Positions 47,022 to 56,380 of a stretch of 64,000 nucleotides of DNA are shown here, piece after piece (the stretch's first letter is position 1; each line of letters starts with the position of its first letter). Origin of the DNA: an uncultured Methylococcus sp. (GTDB lineage: Bacteria; Pseudomonadota; Gammaproteobacteria; Methylococcales; Methylococcaceae); assembly GCA_903835265.1 (NCBI GenBank), contig CAILMG010000176.1, positions 19,283-83,282 on the forward strand, written 5' to 3'. Below the pieces are notes generated by a model. The model saw only the letters and a program-made list of their open reading frames with translations. It had not been told where the DNA came from and ran no database searches. Made by a program: the position numbers and the translations under genes.

Positions 47022-47791
47022 CCCTCCTATTGAAGAAGACCTTCTCCTTCAGGCAGGTCTGCATCGCCTTCCTGATGATCGCTGGCGGTTTTTCATGGCC
47101 GGCCTTTTCAGGAGAGGTAGAGGTGCCCGTCGCCGTCTATGATTTTTCGAAGGCCATGGCGCTTTCCAGAGTGGATGAAGCGCATTTCGATGACGCTCTT
47201 AGCGACCTGATGGGGTCCTCAGCCAAAGGCGATCTGAAGGCCGTCTCGATCGAAGCCCTCAAGGGTTATCTCGATCAATCGTTTTTATATCCAACGGTCT
47301 TTTGGGGGGCTCAGCATGAAGCCAGTAGTCAGCAGATCCTGATCGAACGATTGTATCGCTTTGATCATCAGAACCGAGAGGCCTATGGGCTTTGCCTTAC
47401 ATTCCGTTGGCTGTCACCCCATATCCATCAGTTTGCCGCTCTCTGCCAATCCATTGGCGATGCGCTTTGGAAGGAGAATCAAGATCAGATGGCCGGTCTA
47501 TGGCGTCGGCTGGAGCGGCCTCCATGGAGGGCGACGCTGACGGGGAGCGATGCCTTGGTGCTCCTCACCGAGTCCTATCAGAACCACCCCTTCAGTGAGG
47601 CTCGCCTTAGGGCGTTGATTCAGCAGTTGCTGAGAGAAGATCAACAGGATCTGGCTCGGAGGCTATTGGTTGAGCTTCTTGAAATTAATGATGAGGCGCT
47701 TTGGAATACCGAGCGGGGCGGAGTCTATAAGGATTTGGTGCAGCTCTTTGATGTCGAGGTCCCTGATCAACGAGGATCCCTTCCCCGCTAG
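47018..47791 (+). CDS. Secreted or membrane-anchored hypothetical protein (257 aa)
   Basis: There is a 4-nt overlap (GTGA) with the upstream gene. The N-terminal hydrophobic segment is ...VCIAFLMIAGGFSWPAFSG. No family was recognised. Confidence 0.5.
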   Translation: MTLLLKKTFSFRQVCIAFLMIAGGFSWPAFSGEVEVPVAVYDFSKAMALSRVDEAHFDDALSDLMGSSAKGDLKAVSIEALKGYLDQSFLYPTVFWGAQHEASSQQILIERLYRFDHQNREAYGLCLTFRWLSPHIHQFAALCQSIGDALWKENQDQMAGLWRRLERPPWRATLTGSDALVLLTESYQNHPFSEARLRALIQQLLREDQQDLARRLLVELLEINDEALWNTERGGVYKDLVQLFDVEVPDQRGSLPR

Positions 47792-49023
47792 GTGTTTCTG
47801 AGTTGTCTTGCGATCAGGGTGACCGGATGAAGGACTTCGATATCGCCCCGACCGCGGGCTTCTAGACCCGATCTCAGATGGGTTGCACATCCAGGGTTTG
47901 AGGTCAGGAGGGCGCTGGCCCCGGTTTGGAGGATCGCCTCAATCACATCCTCTCGGAGCACTCCCGCCATCTCAGGATGATCGACCATGTAGGTCCCCGC
48001 GGCTCCGCAGCACTTCGTCGTTGAGGGCAGGTTCACGACCTTTAGTTGCGGGATGCGCTTGAGTATCTGACCGGCAGCTTGTTCTTGATGGAGCACATTT
48101 TTGAGTGAGCAGGGCACCTGCAGGCAGACAGTCTGATCGAGTGGGCGCAACAGATCCTCGGGCCATGGGGTGGCTGCTAGGAAGTGACTGATATCCCTGA
48201 AACGCTGACTGAAAGAGGCGGACTCTTCGTCTTTTAGGACGTTCTTGTAATCGCTAAGCATCGCACCACAGCCACTGGCAAAACTGACGATGGGCGGGGT
48301 CTTGGGCGAGCTTGAAAAAGCGTCGATGTTTTGCCTCATGGCCTTTTGGGCGGGGCCGGTTTGTCCCCGATGCTGGTCGAGGGCGCCACAACAGGTCTGG
48401 TTTGAAGGGATCGAGACGGGGATCCCTAGGGATTCAAAAATCAACAAAATGGATTGAATTGTTTCGCGGTCCATCAGCCCCGCGGTGCATCCTAGAAAAA
48501 TCTCAACCTCAGCACTCTGTTCAGTGCCGGGTTTTCCTAGGGCTGATGTTTGAGGCCACGGTGAAGGCTTTGGGAGGCCCTCCATGAGGCCGCCAAAACC
48601 TATCCAGCGCGCCAAGCGCCTTAAAAGGGTCGACTGCCCAGCGGCCAGCAGTCGCGCCTCGAGATCTCCCCCGGGCGCTCGCTCAAGGGCCTTTCGGATA
48701 AGGAATGTTCGACTGCGGCTGATAAAGGAAGTCGCCAGTGCCTGGTCGGTGGTGTCTCCCTTAAATCGGTCGACAATCTCTCCGTAGGGCACATAAGCAG
48801 GACAGACCGTTTCGCAGGCCCTGCAGAGAAGGCATTGATCAATATGCGTCTTAAGGGTCTGGTCCGCCTCCAGTTCGTTGCGGGCCCAGCCCTGAATCAG
48901 CGACAGACGGCCGCGCGGCGACTCATTTTCATCCTGGGTCTTAAGATAGGTCGGGCAGTGGGGAAGACATAACCCACATTTGACGCAGAGATCGGTTTGG
49001 CGGGCGAGGTCGGAATCACGCAT
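47788..49023 (-). CDS. GlcF/GlpC-family Fe-S oxidoreductase subunit (2x[4Fe-4S] + two CCG domains)
   Basis: 411 aa. The motifs are CVKCGLCLPHCP and CLLCRACETVCP, plus two ...CCGA.. domains. It is collinear with E. coli GlcF. Confidence 0.8.
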   Translation of the reverse strand: MRDSDLARQTDLCVKCGLCLPHCPTYLKTQDENESPRGRLSLIQGWARNELEADQTLKTHIDQCLLCRACETVCPAYVPYGEIVDRFKGDTTDQALATSFISRSRTFLIRKALERAPGGDLEARLLAAGQSTLLRRLARWIGFGGLMEGLPKPSPWPQTSALGKPGTEQSAEVEIFLGCTAGLMDRETIQSILLIFESLGIPVSIPSNQTCCGALDQHRGQTGPAQKAMRQNIDAFSSSPKTPPIVSFASGCGAMLSDYKNVLKDEESASFSQRFRDISHFLAATPWPEDLLRPLDQTVCLQVPCSLKNVLHQEQAAGQILKRIPQLKVVNLPSTTKCCGAAGTYMVDHPEMAGVLREDVIEAILQTGASALLTSNPGCATHLRSGLEARGRGDIEVLHPVTLIARQLRNT

Positions 49024-49032
49024 CGGGATGGC

Positions 49033-50595
49033 CTAGTGACGAAAATGCCGCATGCCGGTGAAGACCATCGCCATCCCGTGTTGGTTTGCAGCCTCAATCA
49101 CTTCCGTATCTCGAACCGACCCGCCGGGCTGAATAACGGCGGTGACGCCGGCTTCGGCCGCAGAATCGACCCCATCTCGAAAAGGAAAGAAAGCATCGGA
49201 AGCAACCACCGAGCCTTTGACCTTGAGGCCCGCATCTAGGGCTTTGATTGCAGCGATACGGGCAGAGTAGACCCGGCTCATTTGGCCCGCGCCAACCCCG
49301 ATGGTTTGTCCCTCCTTGGCGTAGACGATCGCGTTTGATTTAACAAACTTCGCTACCTTCCAGGCAAAAAGAAGATCATGGAGTTCCTGATCACTGGGGC
49401 TTCGGGTCGTCACCACCTGAAGGTCTTTTGTGGCCACCATCCCTTGGTCGAGGTGTTGGAGGAGGAGTCCGCCTGTGATCCGTTTAAAGTCCCAGCCTGG
49501 GGGCGGTGTCTTGTCCCAAGTTCCGGTTTCAAGGACGCGAATATTCGGTTTTGTGGCGAAAACCAACTTGGCGCCTTCCTCAATGACGGGGGCGAGAATC
49601 ACCTCCACGAACTGTTGGTGGATGATCGCAGCAGCCGTTTCGGCATCAAGGGCCCCATTGAAGGCAATAATGCCCCCAAAGGCGGAGGTGGGGTCCGTGG
49701 CATAGGCCCTTTGATAAGCGGCGAGAAGACTTTGACCAATCGCCACGCCGCAGGGATTTGCATGCTTCACGATGACGCAGGCGGGCACCTCATCGAATTG
49801 TTTGACGCACTCAAGAGCGGCATCTGCATCAGCAATGTTATTGAAGGAGAGGGCCTTGCCTTGAACCTGATGCGCGGTGGGTATGGATCCTTGGGGTGGT
49901 GTTAGCTCCCGGTAAAAGGCACCGTCCTGATGGGGGTTTTCCCCATAGCGCATCTCCTGCACATGATCGAAGCGCAGCACCAGAGGGTCTGGGAACGAGG
50001 TTCTGGTCATGAGTCCCCCGAGATAGCTCGCAATGGCTGCGTCATAGGCGGCAGTGTGCTGGAAGCTTTTGGCTGCAAGCTCAAATCGGGTCTTATCGCT
50101 GAGGGCTTGGCCGTTCTCTTCGAGTTCCTGGAGGATTCTCTGGTAGTCCTTAGGGTCGATGAGGACACCGACGGCATCATGATTTTTTGCCGCGGCCCGA
50201 ATCATCGCTGGGCCACCAATATCGATGTTCTCGATGGCGTCTTCACGGGAGGATTGAGGATCGGCAATCGTTTTTTCAAAGGGATAAAGATTGACGATCA
50301 CCAGATCAATGGGAAGGATCCCGTGGTCTCCCATCACGGCTTCATCGGTGCCACGACGTCCGAGGATGCCGCCGTGGATGAGGGGGTGTAGCGTTTTAAT
50401 GCGGCCCCCCATGATTTCTGGAAAGCCGGTGTGATCAGAGACTTCGGTCGCGGTGATCCCTTCGTCACGGAGGGCCTTAAAGGTCCCGCCGGAGGAAAGG
50501 ATCTCGATTCCAAGTCGGTCAAGGCCTCTGGCCAGTTCAAAAAGACCGGTCTTATCGGAAACGCTGATCAGCGCCCGGGTAACAATTTTTTTCAT
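49033..50595 (-). CDS. purH: Bifunctional AICAR transformylase / IMP cyclohydrolase
   Basis: 520 aa. The N-terminus is ...[12 protein letters not shown]...LSSGGT, and the C-terminus is ...FTGMRHFRH. Confidence 0.97.
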   Translation of the reverse strand: MKKIVTRALISVSDKTGLFELARGLDRLGIEILSSGGTFKALRDEGITATEVSDHTGFPEIMGGRIKTLHPLIHGGILGRRGTDEAVMGDHGILPIDLVIVNLYPFEKTIADPQSSREDAIENIDIGGPAMIRAAAKNHDAVGVLIDPKDYQRILQELEENGQALSDKTRFELAAKSFQHTAAYDAAIASYLGGLMTRTSFPDPLVLRFDHVQEMRYGENPHQDGAFYRELTPPQGSIPTAHQVQGKALSFNNIADADAALECVKQFDEVPACVIVKHANPCGVAIGQSLLAAYQRAYATDPTSAFGGIIAFNGALDAETAAAIIHQQFVEVILAPVIEEGAKLVFATKPNIRVLETGTWDKTPPPGWDFKRITGGLLLQHLDQGMVATKDLQVVTTRSPSDQELHDLLFAWKVAKFVKSNAIVYAKEGQTIGVGAGQMSRVYSARIAAIKALDAGLKVKGSVVASDAFFPFRDGVDSAAEAGVTAVIQPGGSVRDTEVIEAANQHGMAMVFTGMRHFRH

Positions 50596-50615
50596 GGCAT
50601 TCCGGTGAGACGGCG

Positions 50616-50909
50616 TTATTCGATGCCGTAGAGATTCATTTTCTTACGCAAGGTGCTGCGAGAGAGTCCTAGGACCTGCGCGGCCTTGGATTGATTGTGA
50701 TTACAATGTTGCATTACGGCTCGAAGGAGCGGACGTTCGACTTCCGATAGGACCAAGTCATAAAGGTTATTGGCACCATGCCCATCGAGCGTTTCGAAGT
50801 AGTCTTTGAGAGCCTCAAGGACATTTTCCGAAAGGCGTGCATTCAGTTGAGCGCTGGCCATGAAGATTCCCTCCGCGAGGTCATCCTGAGATGGGTGCTC
50901 TCTTTTCAT
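50616..50909 (-). CDS. fis: Nucleoid-associated DNA-binding protein Fis
   Basis: 97 aa. ...[18 protein letters not shown]...[22 protein letters not shown] matches E. coli Fis. It overlaps dusB by 4 nt. Confidence 0.9.
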   Translation of the reverse strand: MKREHPSQDDLAEGIFMASAQLNARLSENVLEALKDYFETLDGHGANNLYDLVLSEVERPLLRAVMQHCNHNQSKAAQVLGLSRSTLRKKMNLYGIE

Positions 50910-51886
50910 GCGAGGTCAGGCTCGTTCATTTCAGCAAAAACACGTTCCAGAGCCTGATATTGACCCGCGGTGGACTCTTGCGCATTGAATATTTTCTTGA
51001 AATCCATCGTAGAGGGTAGATGATCGAAATACCAGCCAATGTGCTTTCTTGCGATACGAACCCCCTGATGCGCCCCATAAAAGGAGTGGAGGTGATCAAG
51101 ATGCTCAAGCACCACATCTCGGACTTCAACCAGATTAGGTCGGAAAGGCTCTGCCCGAGGATTTGTCGTCGCCAGCAGGGCTTTAAAGAGCCAAGGCTGG
51201 CCGAGCGCCGCACGCCCTATCATCACGGCATCGGCACCCGTCGCCTCCAAAACAGCGAGGGCCTTTAAAGGGCTGTCGATGTCTCCATTGGCAATGACCG
51301 GGATGCTGACTTCTGCCTTTACGGCAGCAATTGTACGGTATTCGGCGGATCCCGAAAACCCGCAGGCACGGGTTCGGCCATGGATGGTCAGTGCCTTGAT
51401 ACCCGCGCTTTCGGCGATTCGTGCAATGGTCAAAGCATTCCGGTTTTCAGGGTCCCACCCGGTCCGAATTTTGAGAGTGACCGGGAGATCAACCGCCAAC
51501 ACCACCGCTTCAAGAATTTGGCGGACCAGAGGTTCATCGCGGAGTAAGGCGGATCCGGCCGCTTTTTTACAAACCTTCTTAGCCGGACAGCCCATGTTGA
51601 TGTCGATGATATGAGCGCCCCGGTCGGCATTGATTTTCGCTGCAAGGGCCATCTCCTTGGGAACGTTGCCCAGAATCTGCACCGATCGGATCCCTGTCTC
51701 CCCAGTTTGATCCGTTCGCATCAGGGTTTTACGGTCGTCTTGAAGCTCCGGGTTTGCGCTCACCATTTCACTGACAGCGAGGGCGGCTCCATAGCGTCTG
51801 CAGAGGTTCCTGTAAGGCCGGTCGGTGACCCCCGCCATGGGGGCCAAAATAAACCGATTCTCGAGGGTGTAGGGACCGATCTGCAT
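50906..51886 (-). CDS. dusB: tRNA-dihydrouridine synthase B
   Basis: 326 aa. LAPMAGVTD, DINMGCP and the TIM-barrel Dus motifs are present. The order is dusB-fis. Confidence 0.95.
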   Translation of the reverse strand: MQIGPYTLENRFILAPMAGVTDRPYRNLCRRYGAALAVSEMVSANPELQDDRKTLMRTDQTGETGIRSVQILGNVPKEMALAAKINADRGAHIIDINMGCPAKKVCKKAAGSALLRDEPLVRQILEAVVLAVDLPVTLKIRTGWDPENRNALTIARIAESAGIKALTIHGRTRACGFSGSAEYRTIAAVKAEVSIPVIANGDIDSPLKALAVLEATGADAVMIGRAALGQPWLFKALLATTNPRAEPFRPNLVEVRDVVLEHLDHLHSFYGAHQGVRIARKHIGWYFDHLPSTMDFKKIFNAQESTAGQYQALERVFAEMNEPDLA

Positions 51887-51931
51887 GAGATCCTCTTTGG
51901 ATGTGGGGAGTCATTCTAAGGCTAAACGCCC

Positions 51932-53077
51932 TCAAAGTCCCCGTGAGCTTCCTTCATGCCGTGCGTCCTTTTTATCCTTCAAAAGATCTTTTAGCGCTTG
52001 AAGGACCAGAGATTCATCAAGATGCCGCATGCAGTCAAATCGGCCCCCGCAAGTCGGGTGGCGATGGCACGGCGAGCAGGGAAAAGGTTCATAGAGCACG
52101 CGGCTGTTGGCGCGGGTCGTCTCAGCGTAGGGGAGGGTCGACCCAAAAAGAGCCAGGGTGGGTATTTTTTGGGCGATCCCAAGATGCGTCAGTCCGGTAT
52201 CGACCCCGATAAGAAATGCCGCCCCCTTGATGATCGCCGCACATTCTTCTAACGATGTCTCCCCGACGAGGGAGAGGATGTGTCCTCCGGCCTGATCGGC
52301 AATTTTAGAAGCATGTTCGCGGTCGCTGGGCCCGCCCAGCATGATCAGGGGCTGCTGATCGCCCAGCGATTGAGCAAGAGAGGCCCAGCGCTCATCGAAC
52401 CAGTGTTTCTGAGGTCTGGTGGTGAATGGGGCGATCAGGCCATAAGGTGCGTTGATGCCGTGCTTTTCTAGGAGGGCTTTTGAGGTGTCGGCCGCGTGCT
52501 CGGAAAAGGGAATATCAAGCTCAAAGGTCTCCTCTTTGGCGCCCAACTGGATCGCGAGATCACGGTACTCTTTGCCAATTCTTAGGTCATTCATCTCTCG
52601 AGGGACCACCCTCGTCATGAGGAGTTGGCTCCCTTCTCTTGATCCTAAACCGATGCGATAAGGGGCGCCGGAGGCCCAAGCCCAGAGGCCACTTTTGAGG
52701 AGACCCTGAAGGTCAAGGACCAGGTCAAAGCGCTCATTCTTGAGTTGGCGCCTCATCGCTAAGAGGCTTTTGATCAAGCCGAGATAGTCGTTGTCCTTTC
52801 GCATCTTGCGCCAGGCGGCCCTCGGTATCCGATGAACCCGATCGAGTTTTGGATTTTGACCTAGGGTGTCTGCCATGGCGTCCTCAGCGAGCCATGCGAT
52901 GCTGGCGTCCGGCCAGAGTTGACGCAAGGCGGGAATCAGCCCTGACGCCATGATGATATCTCCGATGGCGCTGAGGCGGATGATCAGAATGCGCTTCGGT
53001 GGGGGACACATTTTAAGAAGTGACGGGGTCATTGGGCTATGGTGGACGAGGGTAGGGTCAATAAATTGCGACAGCAA
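51932..53077 (-). CDS. Glycosyltransferase family 9 (LPS heptosyltransferase-like)
   Basis: RILIIRLSAIGDIIMASGLIPAL and the C-terminal ...GVDTGLTHLGIA... are present. The true start is probably an internal Met (53032 or 53011). Confidence 0.8.
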   Translation of the reverse strand: MLSQFIDPTLVHHSPMTPSLLKMCPPPKRILIIRLSAIGDIIMASGLIPALRQLWPDASIAWLAEDAMADTLGQNPKLDRVHRIPRAAWRKMRKDNDYLGLIKSLLAMRRQLKNERFDLVLDLQGLLKSGLWAWASGAPYRIGLGSREGSQLLMTRVVPREMNDLRIGKEYRDLAIQLGAKEETFELDIPFSEHAADTSKALLEKHGINAPYGLIAPFTTRPQKHWFDERWASLAQSLGDQQPLIMLGGPSDREHASKIADQAGGHILSLVGETSLEECAAIIKGAAFLIGVDTGLTHLGIAQKIPTLALFGSTLPYAETTRANSRVLYEPFPCSPCHRHPTCGGRFDCMRHLDESLVLQALKDLLKDKKDARHEGSSRGL

Positions 53078-53087
53078 GCGATGCGCG

Positions 53088-53116
53088 CTTGAAGCTTTGG
53101 TTCATCGCCCCAACAT
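53088..53116 (+). promoter_or_regulatory. Sigma32 (RpoH)-type heat-shock promoter of clpB
   Basis: CTTGAA - 14 nt - CCCCAACAT, against the consensus CTTGAA-N13-17-CCCCATNT. It ends 40 nt upstream of the clpB ATG. Confidence 0.65.
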
Positions 53117-53155
53117 CAAGACCATCAACCAATGCGTTATAGGGGTTTATATATC

Positions 53156-55729
53156 ATGCGAATGGATAAATTGACCGGAAAATTCCAATCCGCGTTATCC
53201 GATGCCCAGAGTCTCGCCTTAGGGCGGGATCAGCAGTTTATTCAGCCGCTGCATGTCATGGTGGCGCTTTTGGATCAGGAAGGGGGAACCGTCCGTCCCC
53301 TGCTCACCCAATGCGGCGTCAACCTGGCCAGTCTGAGATCTGCCTTAGGTCAAGCCTTGGACCGCTTGCCTCGGGTCGAGGGCGTGGGCGGCGACGTACA
53401 GATCTCAAGTGACCTGATGCGCGTGTTGAATCTCACCGACAAGCTGTCGCAAAAGCAGGGTGATCAGTTCATTACCAGCGAGATGTTTGTGAAGGCGGCA
53501 CTCGAGGACAAGGGGGGGTTAACCGATCTCCTAAAATCAGCCGGATTAAAGAGCGATGCACTGACGCTCGCGATTGAAAAAGTGCGTGGAGGCCAAAAAG
53601 TGGATGATGCCAACGTCGAAGAGCAGCGGGGAGCGCTCCAAAAATACACCATCGATCTCACCGAGAGAGCCGAACAAGGCAAGCTGGATCCGGTGATTGG
53701 CCGGGATGATGAAATTCGAAGGACCATTCAAGTCCTTCAGCGCCGAACCAAGAATAACCCCGTGCTCATTGGCGAGCCGGGTGTTGGCAAGACTGCCATT
53801 GTAGAGGGTCTTGCGCTTCGGATTATCAACGGAGAAGTCCCTGAAGGGGTTAAAGGGAAGCGGCTGTTGGCGCTCGACATGGCCGCCTTGATTGCAGGCA
53901 CCAAATTTCGGGGTGAATTTGAAGAGCGCATGAAAGCGTTACTGACCGAGATGGCCAAGCTTGAAGGGCAGGTCATTCTTTTTATCGATGAGCTCCATAC
54001 CATGGTCGGTGCCGGTAAGGCCGATGGCGCGATGGATGCTGGCAATATGCTGAAGCCTGCTTTGGCGCGAGGAGAGCTTCATTGTATCGGTGCCACGACA
54101 CTGGACGAATATCGACAATACATCGAGAAAGATGCGGCGCTTGAGCGCCGATTCCAGAAAGTATTGGTCAACGAGCCGAGTGTCGAGGACACCATTGCGA
54201 TTCTTCGCGGCCTTAAAGAAAAGTACGAAGTTCATCACGGCATCACGATTACGGACCCTGCGATCGTTGCCGCGGCCACCTTGTCGCACCGCTACATTAC
54301 CGATCGCAATCTTCCCGATAAAGCCATTGATTTGGTGGATGAGGCCAGCAGCCGGATCCGAATGGAAATCGACTCGAAACCGGAGGCGATGGATCGCCTT
54401 GATCGCCGACTGATTCAATTCAAAATCGAGCGCGAGGCGCTCAAGAAGGAGACTGACGAAGCCTCCCGGCGCCGTTTGGTAGAGCTTGAAGAGCGTATTC
54501 AGGAGATGGAACGCGAGTATGCCGAGCTTGAAGAGGTCTGGAAGGCCGAGAAGGCGGCGCTGCAAGGGAATACCGCCATCAAGGAAAAGCTAGAAAAGGC
54601 CCGTCTGGATATGGAGGCTGCTCGACGAACGGGCGATCTTGCGCGCATGTCCCAGTTGCAGTACGGTGAAATTCCTGAGCTTCAGAAGGCGCTTGAAGCC
54701 TTGGATCAGGCAGAGCCGCAGGAGGCCACCCTAGTCCGCAACCGGGTCACCGATGAAGAGATCGCGGAAGTGGTCTCCAAGTGGACCGGGATTCCTGTCG
54801 CTAAAATGTTGGAAGGTGAGCGAGAGAAATTGCTGCAGATGGAGACCGAGCTTGGGCATCGAGTCGTGGGTCAGAAGGAGGCCATTAAGGCCGTTTCAGA
54901 TGCGATCAGGCGCTCGAGAGCCGGGCTCTCAGATCCCCGAAGGCCCAATGGCTCCTTTCTGTTTCTGGGGCCAACAGGCGTCGGTAAGACGGAGTTGTGC
55001 AAGGCGCTCGCGGCGTTTTTGTTTGATACCGAAGAAGCCATGGTTCGAATCGATATGTCGGAATTCATGGAAAAGCACTCGGTGGCGCGTCTCATAGGGG
55101 CTCCTCCTGGATATGTCGGCTACGAGGAGGGAGGCTACTTGACTGAAACGGTGCGGCGACGTCCCTATGCCGTCATTCTCCTTGATGAAGTCGAAAAAGC
55201 ACATCCTGATGTGTTTAACATCCTGCTTCAGGTTCTGGATGATGGTCGTCTGACCGATGGCCATGGGCGGACCGTCGATTTCAGGAATACGGTCATTGTG
55301 ATGACCTCGAACCTTGGATCTGATCGGATTCAGGAACTTGCTGGCGATGAAAACTATGCGGCGATGAAAAGGGCGGTGATGGAGGTCGTGACCCATACCT
55401 TCAGGCCCGAGTTCATCAACCGCATTGATGAGGTGGTGGTCTTCCATCCCCTCTTGAAAGAACAAATCCGGACGATCTCGAAGATCCAGATTGGTTATCT
55501 TGAGCAAAGACTGGCTGAAAGGGATATCACACTCAAGGTGACGGATAAGGCCTTGGATCTTCTGGGTGAGGCCGGGTTTGATCCGGTTTACGGGGCAAGA
55601 CCCCTCAAGCGTGCCATTCAGCAGGCGCTTGAAAATGAACTCGCCCAGGACATTCTGGCCGGTAAGATCAGTGGCGGTGACACGGTTACCGCGGATGCCG
55701 AAGGAGGCCGCATCGTTTTTAAGCTTTAA
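53156..55729 (+). CDS. clpB: Disaggregase chaperone ClpB
   Basis: [23 protein letters not shown]... aligns with E. coli ClpB from residue 1. It has two AAA+ modules ([20 protein letters not shown]) and the middle coiled coil. Confidence 0.97.
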   Translation: MRMDKLTGKFQSALSDAQSLALGRDQQFIQPLHVMVALLDQEGGTVRPLLTQCGVNLASLRSALGQALDRLPRVEGVGGDVQISSDLMRVLNLTDKLSQKQGDQFITSEMFVKAALEDKGGLTDLLKSAGLKSDALTLAIEKVRGGQKVDDANVEEQRGALQKYTIDLTERAEQGKLDPVIGRDDEIRRTIQVLQRRTKNNPVLIGEPGVGKTAIVEGLALRIINGEVPEGVKGKRLLALDMAALIAGTKFRGEFEERMKALLTEMAKLEGQVILFIDELHTMVGAGKADGAMDAGNMLKPALARGELHCIGATTLDEYRQYIEKDAALERRFQKVLVNEPSVEDTIAILRGLKEKYEVHHGITITDPAIVAAATLSHRYITDRNLPDKAIDLVDEASSRIRMEIDSKPEAMDRLDRRLIQFKIEREALKKETDEASRRRLVELEERIQEMEREYAELEEVWKAEKAALQGNTAIKEKLEKARLDMEAARRTGDLARMSQLQYGEIPELQKALEALDQAEPQEATLVRNRVTDEEIAEVVSKWTGIPVAKMLEGEREKLLQMETELGHRVVGQKEAIKAVSDAIRRSRAGLSDPRRPNGSFLFLGPTGVGKTELCKALAAFLFDTEEAMVRIDMSEFMEKHSVARLIGAPPGYVGYEEGGYLTETVRRRPYAVILLDEVEKAHPDVFNILLQVLDDGRLTDGHGRTVDFRNTVIVMTSNLGSDRIQELAGDENYAAMKRAVMEVVTHTFRPEFINRIDEVVVFHPLLKEQIRTISKIQIGYLEQRLAERDITLKVTDKALDLLGEAGFDPVYGARPLKRAIQQALENELAQDILAGKISGGDTVTADAEGGRIVFKL
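53588..53602 (+). promoter_or_regulatory. Internal translation-initiation site for the N-terminally truncated ClpB isoform (GGAGG-N7-GTG at codon 149)
   Basis: GTG at 53600 is codon 149 counted from ATG 53156. This is the same codon number as the known internal Val149 start of E. coli ClpB-80. GGAGG lies at 53588-53592. Confidence 0.55.
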
Positions 55730-55741
55730 TCCCTGACCTCC

Positions 55742-55790
55742 GGGTCCTTTGAAGCCGTCCCGAGGTCGATCATGCATCGGTCTCATGGGG
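55742..55790 (+). terminator. Rho-independent terminator after clpB
   Basis: AAGCCGTCCC ... GGGGCGGCTT long interrupted stem, followed by TTTTTT. Confidence 0.75.
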
Positions 55791-55813
55791 CGGCTTTTTT
55801 GATCGTTGCTCGC

Positions 55814-56287
55814 TCATTCCTTCAGCCAATGCCAATCGGAGAAGCTCGCAGCTTGGCCTTGATAAAGGCCTTCAGCGTCTATCAGATTCCACACTTTGGC
55901 GCCGATGATTTTAAAACGACCCCGTCGGCCTTGTCGGATGCCCTGATAGCCCTCTGAGTAGCCCTTTTCGGTGACCTCGCTCAGGAGGCGAGCCCGTTCA
56001 TCGCGATGGCTGGCCTCGGCGGAATAGCGAGAAGGCCATGCGAGCATCTCCTCCATCGAGAGGCCAAAGACCTCAAGGGCGCTTTGGTTGGCGTAATTGA
56101 AGAGGGGGTCAGGCTCCCGGCCATGAGAAAGGAGTGCGAAGGGTGCCTTGAAGATCCAATGGGCGAGCGCTTCATCGGTCCTTTGACCTTCGATAAAATC
56201 CCTTCCGGTCCAGTGCCGGTAGCTCGATAGTATGAGGGCCAGGTGAGGGCCCCATCGTTTCTGGTGATCATCGAGATCGTTTGGCAT
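55814..56287 (-). CDS. MEKHLA-domain (PAS-like) protein
   Basis: ...FALLSHGREPDPLFNYANQSALEVFGLSMEEML..PSRYSAE...R..LL..V...GY...Y.GIR....GRRF.I..A.VWNL is typical of bacterial MEKHLA proteins. The start is set at Met63 (56287) so that it is divergent from, rather than overlapping, the next gene. Confidence 0.65.
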   Translation of the reverse strand: MPNDLDDHQKRWGPHLALILSSYRHWTGRDFIEGQRTDEALAHWIFKAPFALLSHGREPDPLFNYANQSALEVFGLSMEEMLAWPSRYSAEASHRDERARLLSEVTEKGYSEGYQGIRQGRRGRFKIIGAKVWNLIDAEGLYQGQAASFSDWHWLKE

Positions 56288-56380
56288 GGGGGACTTGTGT
56301 GAGCTTAAAAGATTATTATAGGCCTTGATCAAGCCCCTCAGAAAAGATCTTGATCGGCCATCGTTGGAGTCATAAGTGCG

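Noticed and set aside
54929-55786. 285-aa ORF antisense to clpB. Similar long shadow ORFs occur at 7616-8248 (antisense to the RND pump), 12809-13324 (antisense to xoxF), 16412-16993 and 16189-16803 (over prfB), and 38128-38628 (antisense to the ligase-family gene).
   Set aside because: All lie entirely inside strongly supported genes. Their translations are Arg/Pro/Gly-rich with no recognisable motifs, as expected for stop-poor alternative frames of coding DNA.
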